A stretch of 64,000 nt of DNA from Raillietiella orientalis. Lineage: Eukaryota. The stretch covers positions 124,001 through 188,000 of the forward strand of contig JAYWIR010000084.1 of the NCBI GenBank assembly GCA_036172245.1, given 5' to 3'. The position numbers and the translations under genes are program-made. Shown in pieces: positions 1 to 9,379 of the stretch. Position 1 is the stretch's first letter. Each line of letters begins with the position of its first letter. The notes below the pieces were generated by a model. That model saw only the letters and a program-made list of their open reading frames with translations. It did no database searches and was not told the origin of the DNA.

Positions 1-291
1 TCTCTGTTGACACAGTCAACAGCGAGGGGAGCGAGCCGGCGGCGGCGTCCGTCATCGACACCACCATCGATGAAGTAGCCTTCGCGCGAGCCGCAGAGAA
101 GCTGGCAGCTTCGTTGCAGCCAGAACCCTCCAAGGCTGGCAAGAAGGCCGTAAGGCGTCCGGCCTCCCCTCAGGAGTCCCCCACTTCCGACCCCAAGGTG
201 GAGGCCGGAAGCGCAGCCTCCGTTTGCACGGCACCGCGCAAGAAGGCTGGACGTAAGTCCACAAAGCCAAGGAAGCTCGTCTCCCCCGTCG
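1..291 (+). mobile_element. C-terminal part of an A-family LINE ORF1 (duplicate of 3654-3944), cut by the window edge
   Basis: Near-identical to 3654-3944 (about 5 substitutions by eye). Encodes ...ELAASLQPEPSKAGKKAVRRP...KPRKLVSPV and ends in the same GTCTCCCCCGTCG junction sequence (279-291). Confidence 0.9.
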
Positions 292-2395
292 TTATCACCC
301 GGGTACGCCCGGGGTGTTTATTAATGAACTTTACATGCGTGGTACAAGGTCCCACCACGGCCGTAAACACAGGACCTGTCGGGACACCGGGACGCAGCCC
401 TGCATGGCACTCCCCGACAGCGAAGAAGGATGGGGATAAGACAAAAAGAAAAAGAAAAAGAAACAAACAAAAAGAAGTTGGAGGGCAGGGAAGGGATCAC
501 TGTTCGCTGTGGAGAGGGACCATCCGTCGAACGAAGCCCTCGAGGTCAGTCTGCATATTCCCCAGTTGGGGCCATCCGGCAGCTCTTCGCAAGAAGCGTT
601 GGGCATACGGGATGACATCCCTCGCCTGTGGACCCACTCCTTCGTTGTTGGCGTCGCTCCATGCCGCCACGATGCCACGGACGCAGCACAAGGCTGCGAT
701 GGCTGCGGCTGGCTGCAGTGCGTCCTTCACGAAGAGGGGCCGAAGAACGTCTCTGGGGGTGCTGCCCGTAGGGAGCCCGAGGGTCGTCCCGAACCGTTCC
801 CAAAGGGGTCGGAGGGCAACACAATCCACAATAAGGTGGGGAAGCGACTCCCGCTCCCCGCACCTGGCACACGCAGGATCCACAGCTCCCCTCGTCCAGT
901 GGAAGCGGCGCGCGTTGCAGGGTAGACCCCAGTGCAACAAAAGCAACGCCGACTCTTGCCACTTGAGGGGCAGGATCCTGGATTCTTTCATCACCGGGGG
1001 CCACTTCAGCTCATCCCTGGGGATGGCGAGCAGCTCGCCCCCTTTTTAATAATGCTCGCGGCTGGACGCTCGGGCTCGTGGCGTCAGCCAGTTCTCCTGT
1101 TGTCCAGCCGCTGATCAACTTCTCGCGTCCATCGTTGCAGCAAGAGACTTGCCACCTTGGCGTCCGGCTGCTGTGATGTGCCCTCTTCAGGAAGGGCAGC
1201 GCCGTAGCTAGACAGGTCGTCTCTGCCCACGTGCATCTTGCTGGACTCTCCAGGAGATTCCGCAGCGTGCAGCGGGCGTAGGGGCTGTATCGGAGACGAT
1301 TCCACGTCTCGTGGCTTGTCTGGTTAACCACTTCTCACGTTCCAATATTTTCCTCCAGCCAGGCGGGGGAGTTGGCGGGGCAGCAAACCATCCAGCTGTT
1401 CTCCTTGGCCAATGTTGCCATGCGCCCGAGCAGTAGGCCGCATCTTCGCATCTTCCGGCCACGGCTGAGAAGAAAAGACGCGAGTCCATCGCACCAGGAC
1501 ACACGGCTGGCCAGGAGGCGGGCTGGAGTGCACCAAGGGGTGCACCACATCTTCGCTGCGATGGCGAGGGTTCGCCACCGCAGCTGCTTCTCACGCGCTC
1601 CAGCGTCAGGAGGCCAAGACCGCCGTCCCGACGCGGAGCGCACAAGTCCTTCAGAGGCACTCGGGGCCTACCCTTGCCCCAAAGGGCGATACGGAGGAGG
1701 TCCTCTGTCCTCTTCTTTGTTTCCACGGTGGGGAGGCAAACAAAAAGCAAGGGGCAGAGGATGGGGGCCGCGAAAACGTTCCAAACCGCGGCCCATTCCT
1801 GCAAGTGGAACTTGCCTTCCAGGAACGGGCCCATCGCCGTCTCGTCTTTTTGAAGGCAGCTGGACCACGCTTCCGCAGGGGAGTATTCCCCCAACGGCAC
1901 ACCAAGGTACTTGAAGCACCTCGCCGTGGAAATCCCCAGACGGAACCAGTCCTGCTGCCCTGCCCACGCGGCACCTATTGGCACAACCGACGACTTCGCC
2001 CTGTTAACCTGCAGTCCGGTCCTGCGGCTGAGCAGATAGAAGAAGTCTCCAACCGCGTTTAACGGGGTGGACATTGGCAACAAGAGCAGAAGATCGTCGG
2101 CGTACGCTGCTACGGCGGGCGTGCCGGGGCACAGGCTCGGCAATGGGGCCAAAGTCACCCTTCACGCTCTCAGCACCAACTCAAAGTAGGTGCTGAAGAG
2201 CAGGGGGCTGAGGCTATCTCCCTGCCTTATGCCCCGCCGCACCGGCACGCCATACACCTTGTGACCGCTGAAAGAGACGGTAATTATCGCATTCCGCCAG
2301 CAAGAGCGCAGGTAGGAAATCAGGGAGGGTGGAAAGCCCATGCGACCCAGGAGCTCCAAGAGGAGTTCCTGGTCTACACAGTCGAACGCCTTGTG
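292..2395 (-). mobile_element. 3' half of L1/Tx1-like element B: RT from KAFD onward, zf-RVT-like C-terminus, 3' UTR (the distal part may be a B/D recombinant)
   Basis: Minus-strand translation gives HKAFDCVDQELLLELL, GIRQGDSLSPLLF, YADD (2093-2104), FKYLGVPL and CARCGERESLPHLIVDC, with stop at 497. A T-rich 3' UTR follows, with a terminal hairpin at 296-316. Contains stops and frameshifts. Confidence 0.92.
2382..2395. repeat. Left 14-bp TSD of element A (TCGAACGCCTTGTG)
   Basis: Exact copy at 9366-9379 and the flanking bases differ. On the minus strand it reads CAC AAG GCG TTC GA (H-K-A-F-D) of B's RT. Confidence 0.95.
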
Positions 2396-2406
2396 CGCTC
2401 TAGGGC

Positions 2407-2413
2407 GGACGTG
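2407..2413 (+). promoter_or_regulatory. GGACGTG motif near the element 5' end (DPE-like, putative internal promoter)
   Basis: The same heptamer occurs at the 5' ends of C (14330-14336, -) and B (12898-12904, -). It matches the RGWCGTG downstream promoter element described for Drosophila LINE promoters. Function is inferred. Confidence 0.45.
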
Positions 2414-3931
2414 CTTTCTCGGTGCTCCTCATGCCAGGAAGTCTCCCCCAGTGCAAGCGTCGTGTGGTTCGGTGGTCGATCAGGCAGCGATGCCTGACGC
2501 GACCACCAGGGATGGCCAGGGGGCAGCGGCAATGCCGCCCCCAGAGGCGATGGAGAGCCAGGGGGCGGCGGCAACGTCGCCCCCAGAGGCGGTGGAGGTG
2601 GGGGCATCCGCCCCCACAGATTCGGTCCCCGCTGCGGCGCTGGCATGAAGCGCCGTTGTGTCGGCGCCATCGCCTGCAGCCGCGGCGGAATTGTCGTCAG
2701 ATGGGGAGGAGGCGGCGAATCATTGTTCGAATAGTGGTAGGCAATTTGTGGCCCTGGAGAGCGCGCGCGCCTTCTCAAAGGGCATGCGCGCTCTCGATGT
2801 GAAAGAGGAGGAGCTCAGCGCTATGACCATCCGCAGCGGGGGTCAGTACGTTGAGGTCATCTGCAAACATGCAGAGCTGGCCCAACGACTGCTTAAAACC
2901 CCCGTTGTGATGGGGACGCGCAGGCTCCTCCCCACTACGGCGGACCGCAGCATGGTGGTCCACCTGTTAGGCGTCACCGCGCGAATGCGCAAAGAACAGG
3001 TTCGCGCCGCTTTGGAACAGTTCGGAACGGTCCACGCGCAGTGGACGAAAGTAAGTCCTTTCGAGAACTACACGGGGCTGCAACACGGCCTCACTGCTGC
3101 GCGCGTGACCGTTCGGGAAGGCTGCACTTTTCCCCACAAACTGGTGGTCGAAGGCGAAACCGTCGACCTCTGGTATGTGGAGAAGCCGAAATACTGTGGC
3201 TTCTGCAATACGTCGGGCCACCTCAAAAAGAGGTGTCCCAATGTGCAGTGCCAAGTATGCGGCACAATGGACCACACGAGGGAGGTGTGCCCAAAAGCAG
3301 CAGCGCGGGTGGTTTCCAAGAGAAAACTTTAAAAACGCGCCCGGCTTCTGCAGAAAAGGCTGGCGGCGAAAGCTCTCGCGAAAGCTGTGCCACCCGCGCC
3401 CAAGCCCAGGCCGCACCCGAGACCCCGGCGACCAACGCCGAAAAAGTTGAGGGAGGCGGCCAGGAGACTGGGTGGCAAGTGGCAACGGCCAAAAAATTAA
3501 AGAAGGAGAGGAGGATGGAAAAGAAAATCGCCTACCAACAGAAGAAGAAAGAGCAGGGTAGCGCGATAATTAAAGACTGCAGCGTCGTTGTCGAACGCGT
3601 AATCGATGTTGCCGAACGCTGCCGGAAAGAACTAGCCGCTACCGACGACCTCTTCTCTGTTGACACAGTCAACAGCGAGGGGAGCGAGCCGGCGGCGGCG
3701 TCCGTCATAGAGACCACCATCGATGAAGTAGCCTTCGCGCGAGCCGCAGAGGAGCTGGCAGCTTCGTTGCAGCCAGAACCCTCCAAGGCTGGCAAGAAGG
3801 CCGTAAGGCGTCCGGCCTCCCCTCAGGAGTCCCCCACTTCCTACCCCAAGGTGGAGGCCGGAAGCGCAGCCTCCGTTTGCACGGCACCGCGCAAGAAGGC
3901 TGGTCGTAAGTCCACAAAGCCAAGGAAGCTC

Positions 3932-3944
3932 GTCTCCCCCGTCG
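3932..3944. repeat. Left 13-bp TSD of element D (GTCTCCCCCGTCG)
   Basis: Exact copy at 5337-5349. Confidence 0.95.
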
Positions 3945-5336
3945 TTATCACCCGGGTACGCCCGGGGTGTTTATTAATAAACTTTTCATGCGTGGTACAA
4001 GGTCCCACCACGGCAGTAAACACAGGACCTGTCGGGACACCGGGACGCAGCCCGGCGTGGCACTCCCCGACAGCGAAGAAGGATGGGGATAAGACAAAAA
4101 GAAAAAGAAAAAGAAACAAACAAAAAGAAGTTGGAGGGCAGGGAAGGGATCACTGTTCGCTGTGGAGAGGGACCATCCGTCGAACGAAGCCCTCGAGGTC
4201 AGTCTGCATATTCCCCAGTTGGGGCCATCCGGCAGCTCTTCGCAAGAAGCGTTGGGCATACGAGATGACATCCCTCGCCTGTGGACCCACTACTTCGTTG
4301 TTGGCGTCGCTCCATGCCGCCACGATGCCACGCACGCACCACAAGGCTGCGATGGCTGCGGCTGGCTGCAGTGCGTCCTTCACGAAGAGGGGCCGAAGAA
4401 CGTCTCTGGGGGTGCTGCCGGTAGGGAGCCCGAGGGTCGTCCCGAACCGTTCCCAAGGGGGTCGGAGGGCAGCACAATCCACAATAAGGTGGGGAAGCGA
4501 CTTCCGCTCCCCGCACCTGGCACACGCAGGATCCACAGCTCCCCTCGTCCAGTGGAAGCGGCGCGCGTTGCAGGGTAGACCCCAGTGTAACAGCAGCAAC
4601 GCCAACTCTTGCCACTTGAGGGGCAGGACCCTGGATTCCTGAAGAAGCGGGGACCACTTCAGCTCATCCCTGGGGATGGCGAGCAGCTCGCCCCATCTTA
4701 CTAATGCTCGCGGCTGGACGCTCGGGGTCGTGGCATCGGACAGTTCTCCTGTTGTCCAGCCGCTAATCAACATCTCGCGTCCCTCGATGCAGCAGGAGGC
4801 TGGCCACCTTGGCGTCCGGTTGCTGTGAAGTGCCCTCCTTAGGAAGGACAACGCCGTAGCTAGGCAGGTCGTCTGTGCCCACGTGCATCTTGCTGGACTC
4901 TCCAGGAGATTCCGCAGCGTGCAGCGGGCGTAGGGGCTGCATCGGAGACGATTCCACGTCTCGTGGCTTCTCTGGTTAACCACTTCTCACGTTCCAATAT
5001 TTTCCTCCAGCCAGGCGGGGGAGTTGGCGGGGCAGCAAACCATCCAGCTGTTCTCCTTGGCCAATGTTGCCATGCGCCCGAGCAGTAGGCCGCATCTTCG
5101 CATCTACCGGCCACGGCTGAGAAGAAAAGACGCGAGTCCATCGCACCAGGACACACGGCTGGCCAGGAGGCGGGCTGGAGTGCACCAAGGGGTGCACCAC
5201 ATCTTCGCTGCGATGGCGAGGGTTCGCCACCGCAGCTGCTTCTCACGCGCTCCAGCGTCAGGAGGCCAAGACCGCCGTCCCGACGCGGAGCGCACACGTT
5301 CTTCAGTGGGACTCGAAGCCTCTCCTTGCCCCAAAG
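3945..5336 (-). mobile_element. 5'-truncated LINE copy D (ORF2 C-terminal region plus 3' UTR) inserted antisense into A ORF1
   Basis: Encodes LWGKERLRVPLKNVCAPRRDGGLG ... CARCGERKSLPHLIVDC, with stop at 4150. AATAAA plus hairpin at 3949-3975. Flanked by the 13-bp TSD. Confidence 0.93.
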
Positions 5337-5349
5337 GTCTCCCCCGTCG
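5337..5349. repeat. Right 13-bp TSD of element D
   Basis: Exact match to 3932-3944. Confidence 0.95.
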
Positions 5350-5565
5350 AAGGGGAAGAGATGGCTTCCGCAAGCGAGGGTGCCATGAGCGTGGGAAACT
5401 CTCGGGACCCGTCGCCCGAGAGACTCCCAAGCTCGGACACGCAGGGGATGGAGGGGTGGAGGCCGAACAGGTTCCTCAGGTGCCTGAGAAGGCCGAAACA
5501 CCCATGGAAATCCCGGCCGCCTCGCAAGAGGAGGGCTCCCCCACACCTTAATCTTCCCAGCAGTA

Positions 5566-8500
5566 ATGCCGGGAATCTCATCCCGCCTTCGTCTGCGCAT
5601 CGCCGTTTGAAACGTGAACGGCATGACAGACGCCGGCAGGAGACGAGACGTGGCCGCCCTTCTCGAGTCCTACGACCTTGCGCTGCTGCAGGAGATCCAC
5701 GTGATCTCTGCAGAACAAGCACAAGAGATCGAACGCATCTCCGGAGGGTGGCTATGGTACAGGTGTGGGAGACCGAAAAGTTGCGGTGTCGCCTACCTTC
5801 TTCGGCCAGCCGCCGAAGACGCAGCTCGGGGCGTGCGGTTCGACGATCACGGTCGTGTCGGCCAGCTGACTCTCAGGTGGTCCGACTCGATCGACCTGAT
5901 CGTCACGAACGTGTACGCACCGAGCGGCGCGGACCTGATGAACAGGAGGGCGAAGAAAGAGTTTTTCCTTGCCATCCGTCGAGACTGGCTGGCCGAAGCA
6001 CGCGTGCGGAATGCCCATCTGGTTGCAGGCCATTTCAACGTTCTCCTGAAACCAGATGGGCGGAATCCCGAGCGTGAGCTGGTCAACGAGGTGTGCATGG
6101 CGGTGCACACCTGTAATTTGTTAGCCAGTGTACCGGGGATGGAAGACAGCATTGACCACGTGTTTCTTCACGAGCACCTGTGCCCTCGCGTGGGCAGGCG
6201 CGGCAAGTTACCGTGCGAGCTGTCCGACCATCGCCCGCTAGTCCTCGAGATTTATTCGCGCGACAGGGGCCCCCCCTCGTCAGCGTGGCGTCTCCCAAGG
6301 GACTCGATGAAGCACCCGGACGCGGCGGAACATCTCCCCACGTTCATACGGAGCTTCAGGCTGCGGACGCTCCAGGATTCGGACCGCTTCAAGCGGTCGG
6401 TCCAGGAGTTCTGCGACCAGTTCCCTCCGCACCGCCTACCTACGGGTTTTGGGACCGGGGTCCGTAACGAACGAGCCTACCTGCAGGCCCGTCTTTACTC
6501 CAGGACCCCCGACATCCGCAGGCTGGTGGAATACAAAGTGGGAGCAGAGAGGCAAGCCTGGCTGTCCGGATCGGCCAGCTTACTGGACGATCAAGGCCAG
6601 GAGCACTCGACACATGCTTAAATCCGCGGCCTGCTGCGGAGTTACTTCTCCTCCCTGTATGCCAGGGCACCTCCGGAGAGGAACGTCTCACGACTCCTGC
6701 TTCTGGAAGGCGCTCCAGCGATCGGGAAGGAGCAGAGGAAGATCCTCGACGAGCCTTTCACGATGGACGAGATCCTCTCGGCCATCGGAAAGCTCACGAG
6801 GCGAAAGGCTCCAGGGGAGGCGGGCCTGCCCGCGGAGTTTTATCAAACTTTCCCGGCTAAGCTTACCCCCCTGGTACTGCAACTTACCTTGCTGATACGC
6901 GAAACAGGTGACGTTCCCGCCTCGTTTCGTTCGGCAAAGGTGCGGCTCCTTCCTAAGAGAGGAGATCTGAGGAGCATGAACAACTAGCGTCCCTTCACAA
7001 TAGTGAATGCGGACGCCAAGTTGCTGGCTAAGGTTTGGGCAGAGCGTATGGGACGGGTTGCCAACATCTTCATCAGCCCGGAACAGACATATGCTGTTCC
7101 CGGGCGAAGCATGGAGGCGAACCTGTTCCACGCTTCCACCTGGCTAGAGCTCCAACATGAAAGGAGCTTGGTGCGCAGCCGGAATTCCGGTGCGCGCGCC
7201 TGCAAGGGGTTGGATGGTCGGGTGGGTTAGGGAGCCCTTGCGGTCGCAATCGAGTTGCAAAAAGAATTCGATTGCGTCGACCAGAATCTCCTTCTGGAGC
7301 TCCTGGAACGCTTGGGCTTTCCGGTCTCATTAGTGGCCTATCTGCGCTCCTGCTGGCGCAACGCGCTCATCAATGTTACTTTCAGCGGGCAGACCGTGCA
7401 CGGCGTGCCGGTGCGGCGTAGGATCCGGCAGGGAGACAGCCTGAGCCCCTTGCTCTTCAGTACCTACTTTGACATGGTACTGAGAGCATACAGGGAAACT
7501 CTGGCGCACCTGCCGCACGACTGTGCCGGTACGCCGGCCGTTTCAGCATACGCGGACAACCTTCTGCTGCTGCTCCCTATGTCCACCCCGCATGCGGCGG
7601 TCGAGGAGTCCTTCGACCTGCTGCATCGGGGAACCGGACTTCCGGTGAACAGGGCGAAGCCGTCCGTGATGCCAGTTGGTGCGGCGTGGGCAGGGCTGCA
7701 GGACTGGGTCCGTTTGGGGATCTCCACGGTGAGGTACTTCTAGTACCTTGGTGTGCCGTTGGGGGACTACTCCCCTGCGGAAGCGTGGTCCGTCTGCCTT
7801 CAAAAAGTAGAGACGGCAATCGGCCCGTTCAGAGGCGGCAGGTTTTTCTTGCCTGAACGGTTTCCGGTTTGGAACACGTTCGCGGCTCCTCTTCTCCGCC
7901 CCCTGCTTTTTGTTCGCCCCCCCACAGAGAGGATTAAAAAGCGGACAAAGGACCTCCTCCGTATCGCCGTTTCGGTCAACGGGAGGGCCCGAGTCCGCTT
8001 AAAGGACTTGTGCGCTCCTCGTCGGGATTGTGGTCTGCGACTCCTGACGCTGGAGCGGCTGGAGCTTCAGCTCCAGTTCCGCTTGTCGGCACTCGTTCCA
8101 GAGTTGTGGTGCACCTGTTGGTGCGTCCCTGCACGTGTCCTTCTCCAGCAAACCACCGGCAAGACGGGACTGACGTCGTTTCTTGCACTCCGTCGCCGCG
8201 CCAACCGATGCGGACTCCAGCTTCAAAAGGTGGCTGCGCTGTATCGGAAAAACCCAAGATTGCTCACCTGTCGCCCGTTTAACGGTAGTTTCTGGTTGCA
8301 GGAAACCGTTCGAACGTGGGGACGGTTGGGCATGCAACGCTCCCAACAGGAACGAAGGTTCCTGTTTTGGGGTTACAGAAGTTGCACGCTCCGCGAGATC
8401 CTGGAGGATCCAAAGAAGAGAGCGTGGGCAGGAAAAACCCCCCTCGCTGCTGCGCTGCCCTCCCTGATGGAAGATCTGGACAGCGATGTTGCGGCGAAGT

Positions 8501-9146
8501 GGGTGGTTACAGTAACAATCTCGGAAAAGGAGAAGAAGATAGGAGAGTGAAAGACGGGGCAGTTAACAGACGCTGCGACCCCGAGTACGCCTCCCAATGG
8601 ACTTCTGCGCTGAGGCGCGCTGCTCGATGTTCCCATTGAACATCTGAAGTGGCCCCGGTGCTCATGAACACCTCCGCCCTCCCCTTAAAATGGCAGGAGT
8701 CGGCTCTCCTGTTGCAGCACTGGGGACTCCCCTGCAACGCCCGCCGACACCGCTGGACCTGGGGAGCGGTGGACCCCAATTGCGTCAGGTGTGGGGAACG
8801 GGAGTCCCTCCCCCACCTGCTAGTGGATTGTGTTGCCCTTCGGCCCCTTTGGTTTCGCTTTGCCGCGGCCATCGGAATCCCCTGCGGCAACCCCAGGGAC
8901 TCACTCAAAGCCCTCTTCGTTGCCGACGCCCTTCGGCCAGCGCCCTCGTTAGCAGCTTTGTGCTGCCTACGCGGGATCGTCACCGCTTGGAGCAAGGCTA
9001 CGGTAGGACAACGCGACCAGAGTGCCATCCAGCCAGCCTCCCAGTTCCTGAGGAGAGCGTCGCGATGGCCCCACCTGGATCCAAGCATGCAGAAAGAGCT
9101 TGCCGGCATCCTGCGAACGATTCAACGGCCCCACCAGCAACTCTGA
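5566..9146 (+). pseudogene. Element A ORF2: AP endonuclease, reverse transcriptase and zf-RVT-like domain (inactivated)
   Basis: ATG at 5566. EN motifs (W>stop)NVNG, LLQEIH, NVYAP, AGHFN, IDHVF, SDHRP. RT motifs APGEAGLPAEFY, N(W>stop)RP, KEFD, IRQGDSLSPLLF, YADN (7549-7560), YLGVPL. C-terminal CVRCGERESLPHLLVDC. Several in-frame stops and one frameshift near 8645. Confidence 0.93.
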
Positions 9147-9334
9147 TCCCTACCCGTACCCTCCCAGTTTTTTTCTTTTCTTTTTGTTTTGTTTTTTTGT
9201 TTTCCCCCTTCCCTCTGCTGCCGTGGTGGACCGTGCCGGTCTGAGAACCGGTGACCCGGAAGGCTCTGTGTTTCTTCGTGCGTGGCTGGAGCAATGGTCC
9301 AGCCACCGCACGTCTTTGTAATAGTTTATTTTCC

Positions 9335-9365
9335 AATAAACGCCCCGGCGGTAGCAGGGTGAAAA
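9335..9365 (+). other. LINE 3'-terminal signal: AATAAA, GC-rich hairpin, short A run
   Basis: AATAAA CGCCCCGGCGGTAGCAGGGTG AAAA immediately precedes the TSD. Related hairpins occur at 296-316, 3949-3969, 16437-16456 and 49173-49192. Confidence 0.75.
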
Positions 9366-9379
9366 TCGAACGCCTTGTG
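9366..9379. repeat. Right 14-bp TSD of element A
   Basis: Exact match to 2382-2395. Confidence 0.95.

Larger units (their letters stand above)
1..5337. repeat. Direct duplication 1-1685 vs 3654-5337 (period about 3653 bp)
   Basis: The two segments align colinearly. They are nearly identical except for more divergent patches at about 970-1210 and 1645-1685. Confidence 0.95.
2490..5566 (+). pseudogene. Element A ORF1 (gag-like, two CCHC zinc knuckles), split by element D at 3945-5336
   Basis: ATG at 2490 (MPDATTR), knuckles CGFCNTSGHLKKRC and CQVCGTMDHTREVC. Removing D plus one TSD joins KPRKLVSPV to EGEEMASASEG. Has premature stops and frameshifts, and ends at TAA 5564-5566. Confidence 0.88.
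2396..9365 (+). mobile_element. Full-length (inactivated) L1/Tx1-like non-LTR retrotransposon A, with nested element D
   Basis: 5' UTR 2396-2489, then ORF1, ORF2 (EN-RT-zf), and a 3' UTR ending AATAAA-hairpin-AAAA. Bounded by the perfect 14-bp TSD. Confidence 0.93.

Noticed and set aside
3041..4642. 533-aa ORF (and the 311-aa ORF at 114-1049) as genuine genes
   Set aside because: These are chimeric read-throughs from A ORF1 into the antisense strand of D.
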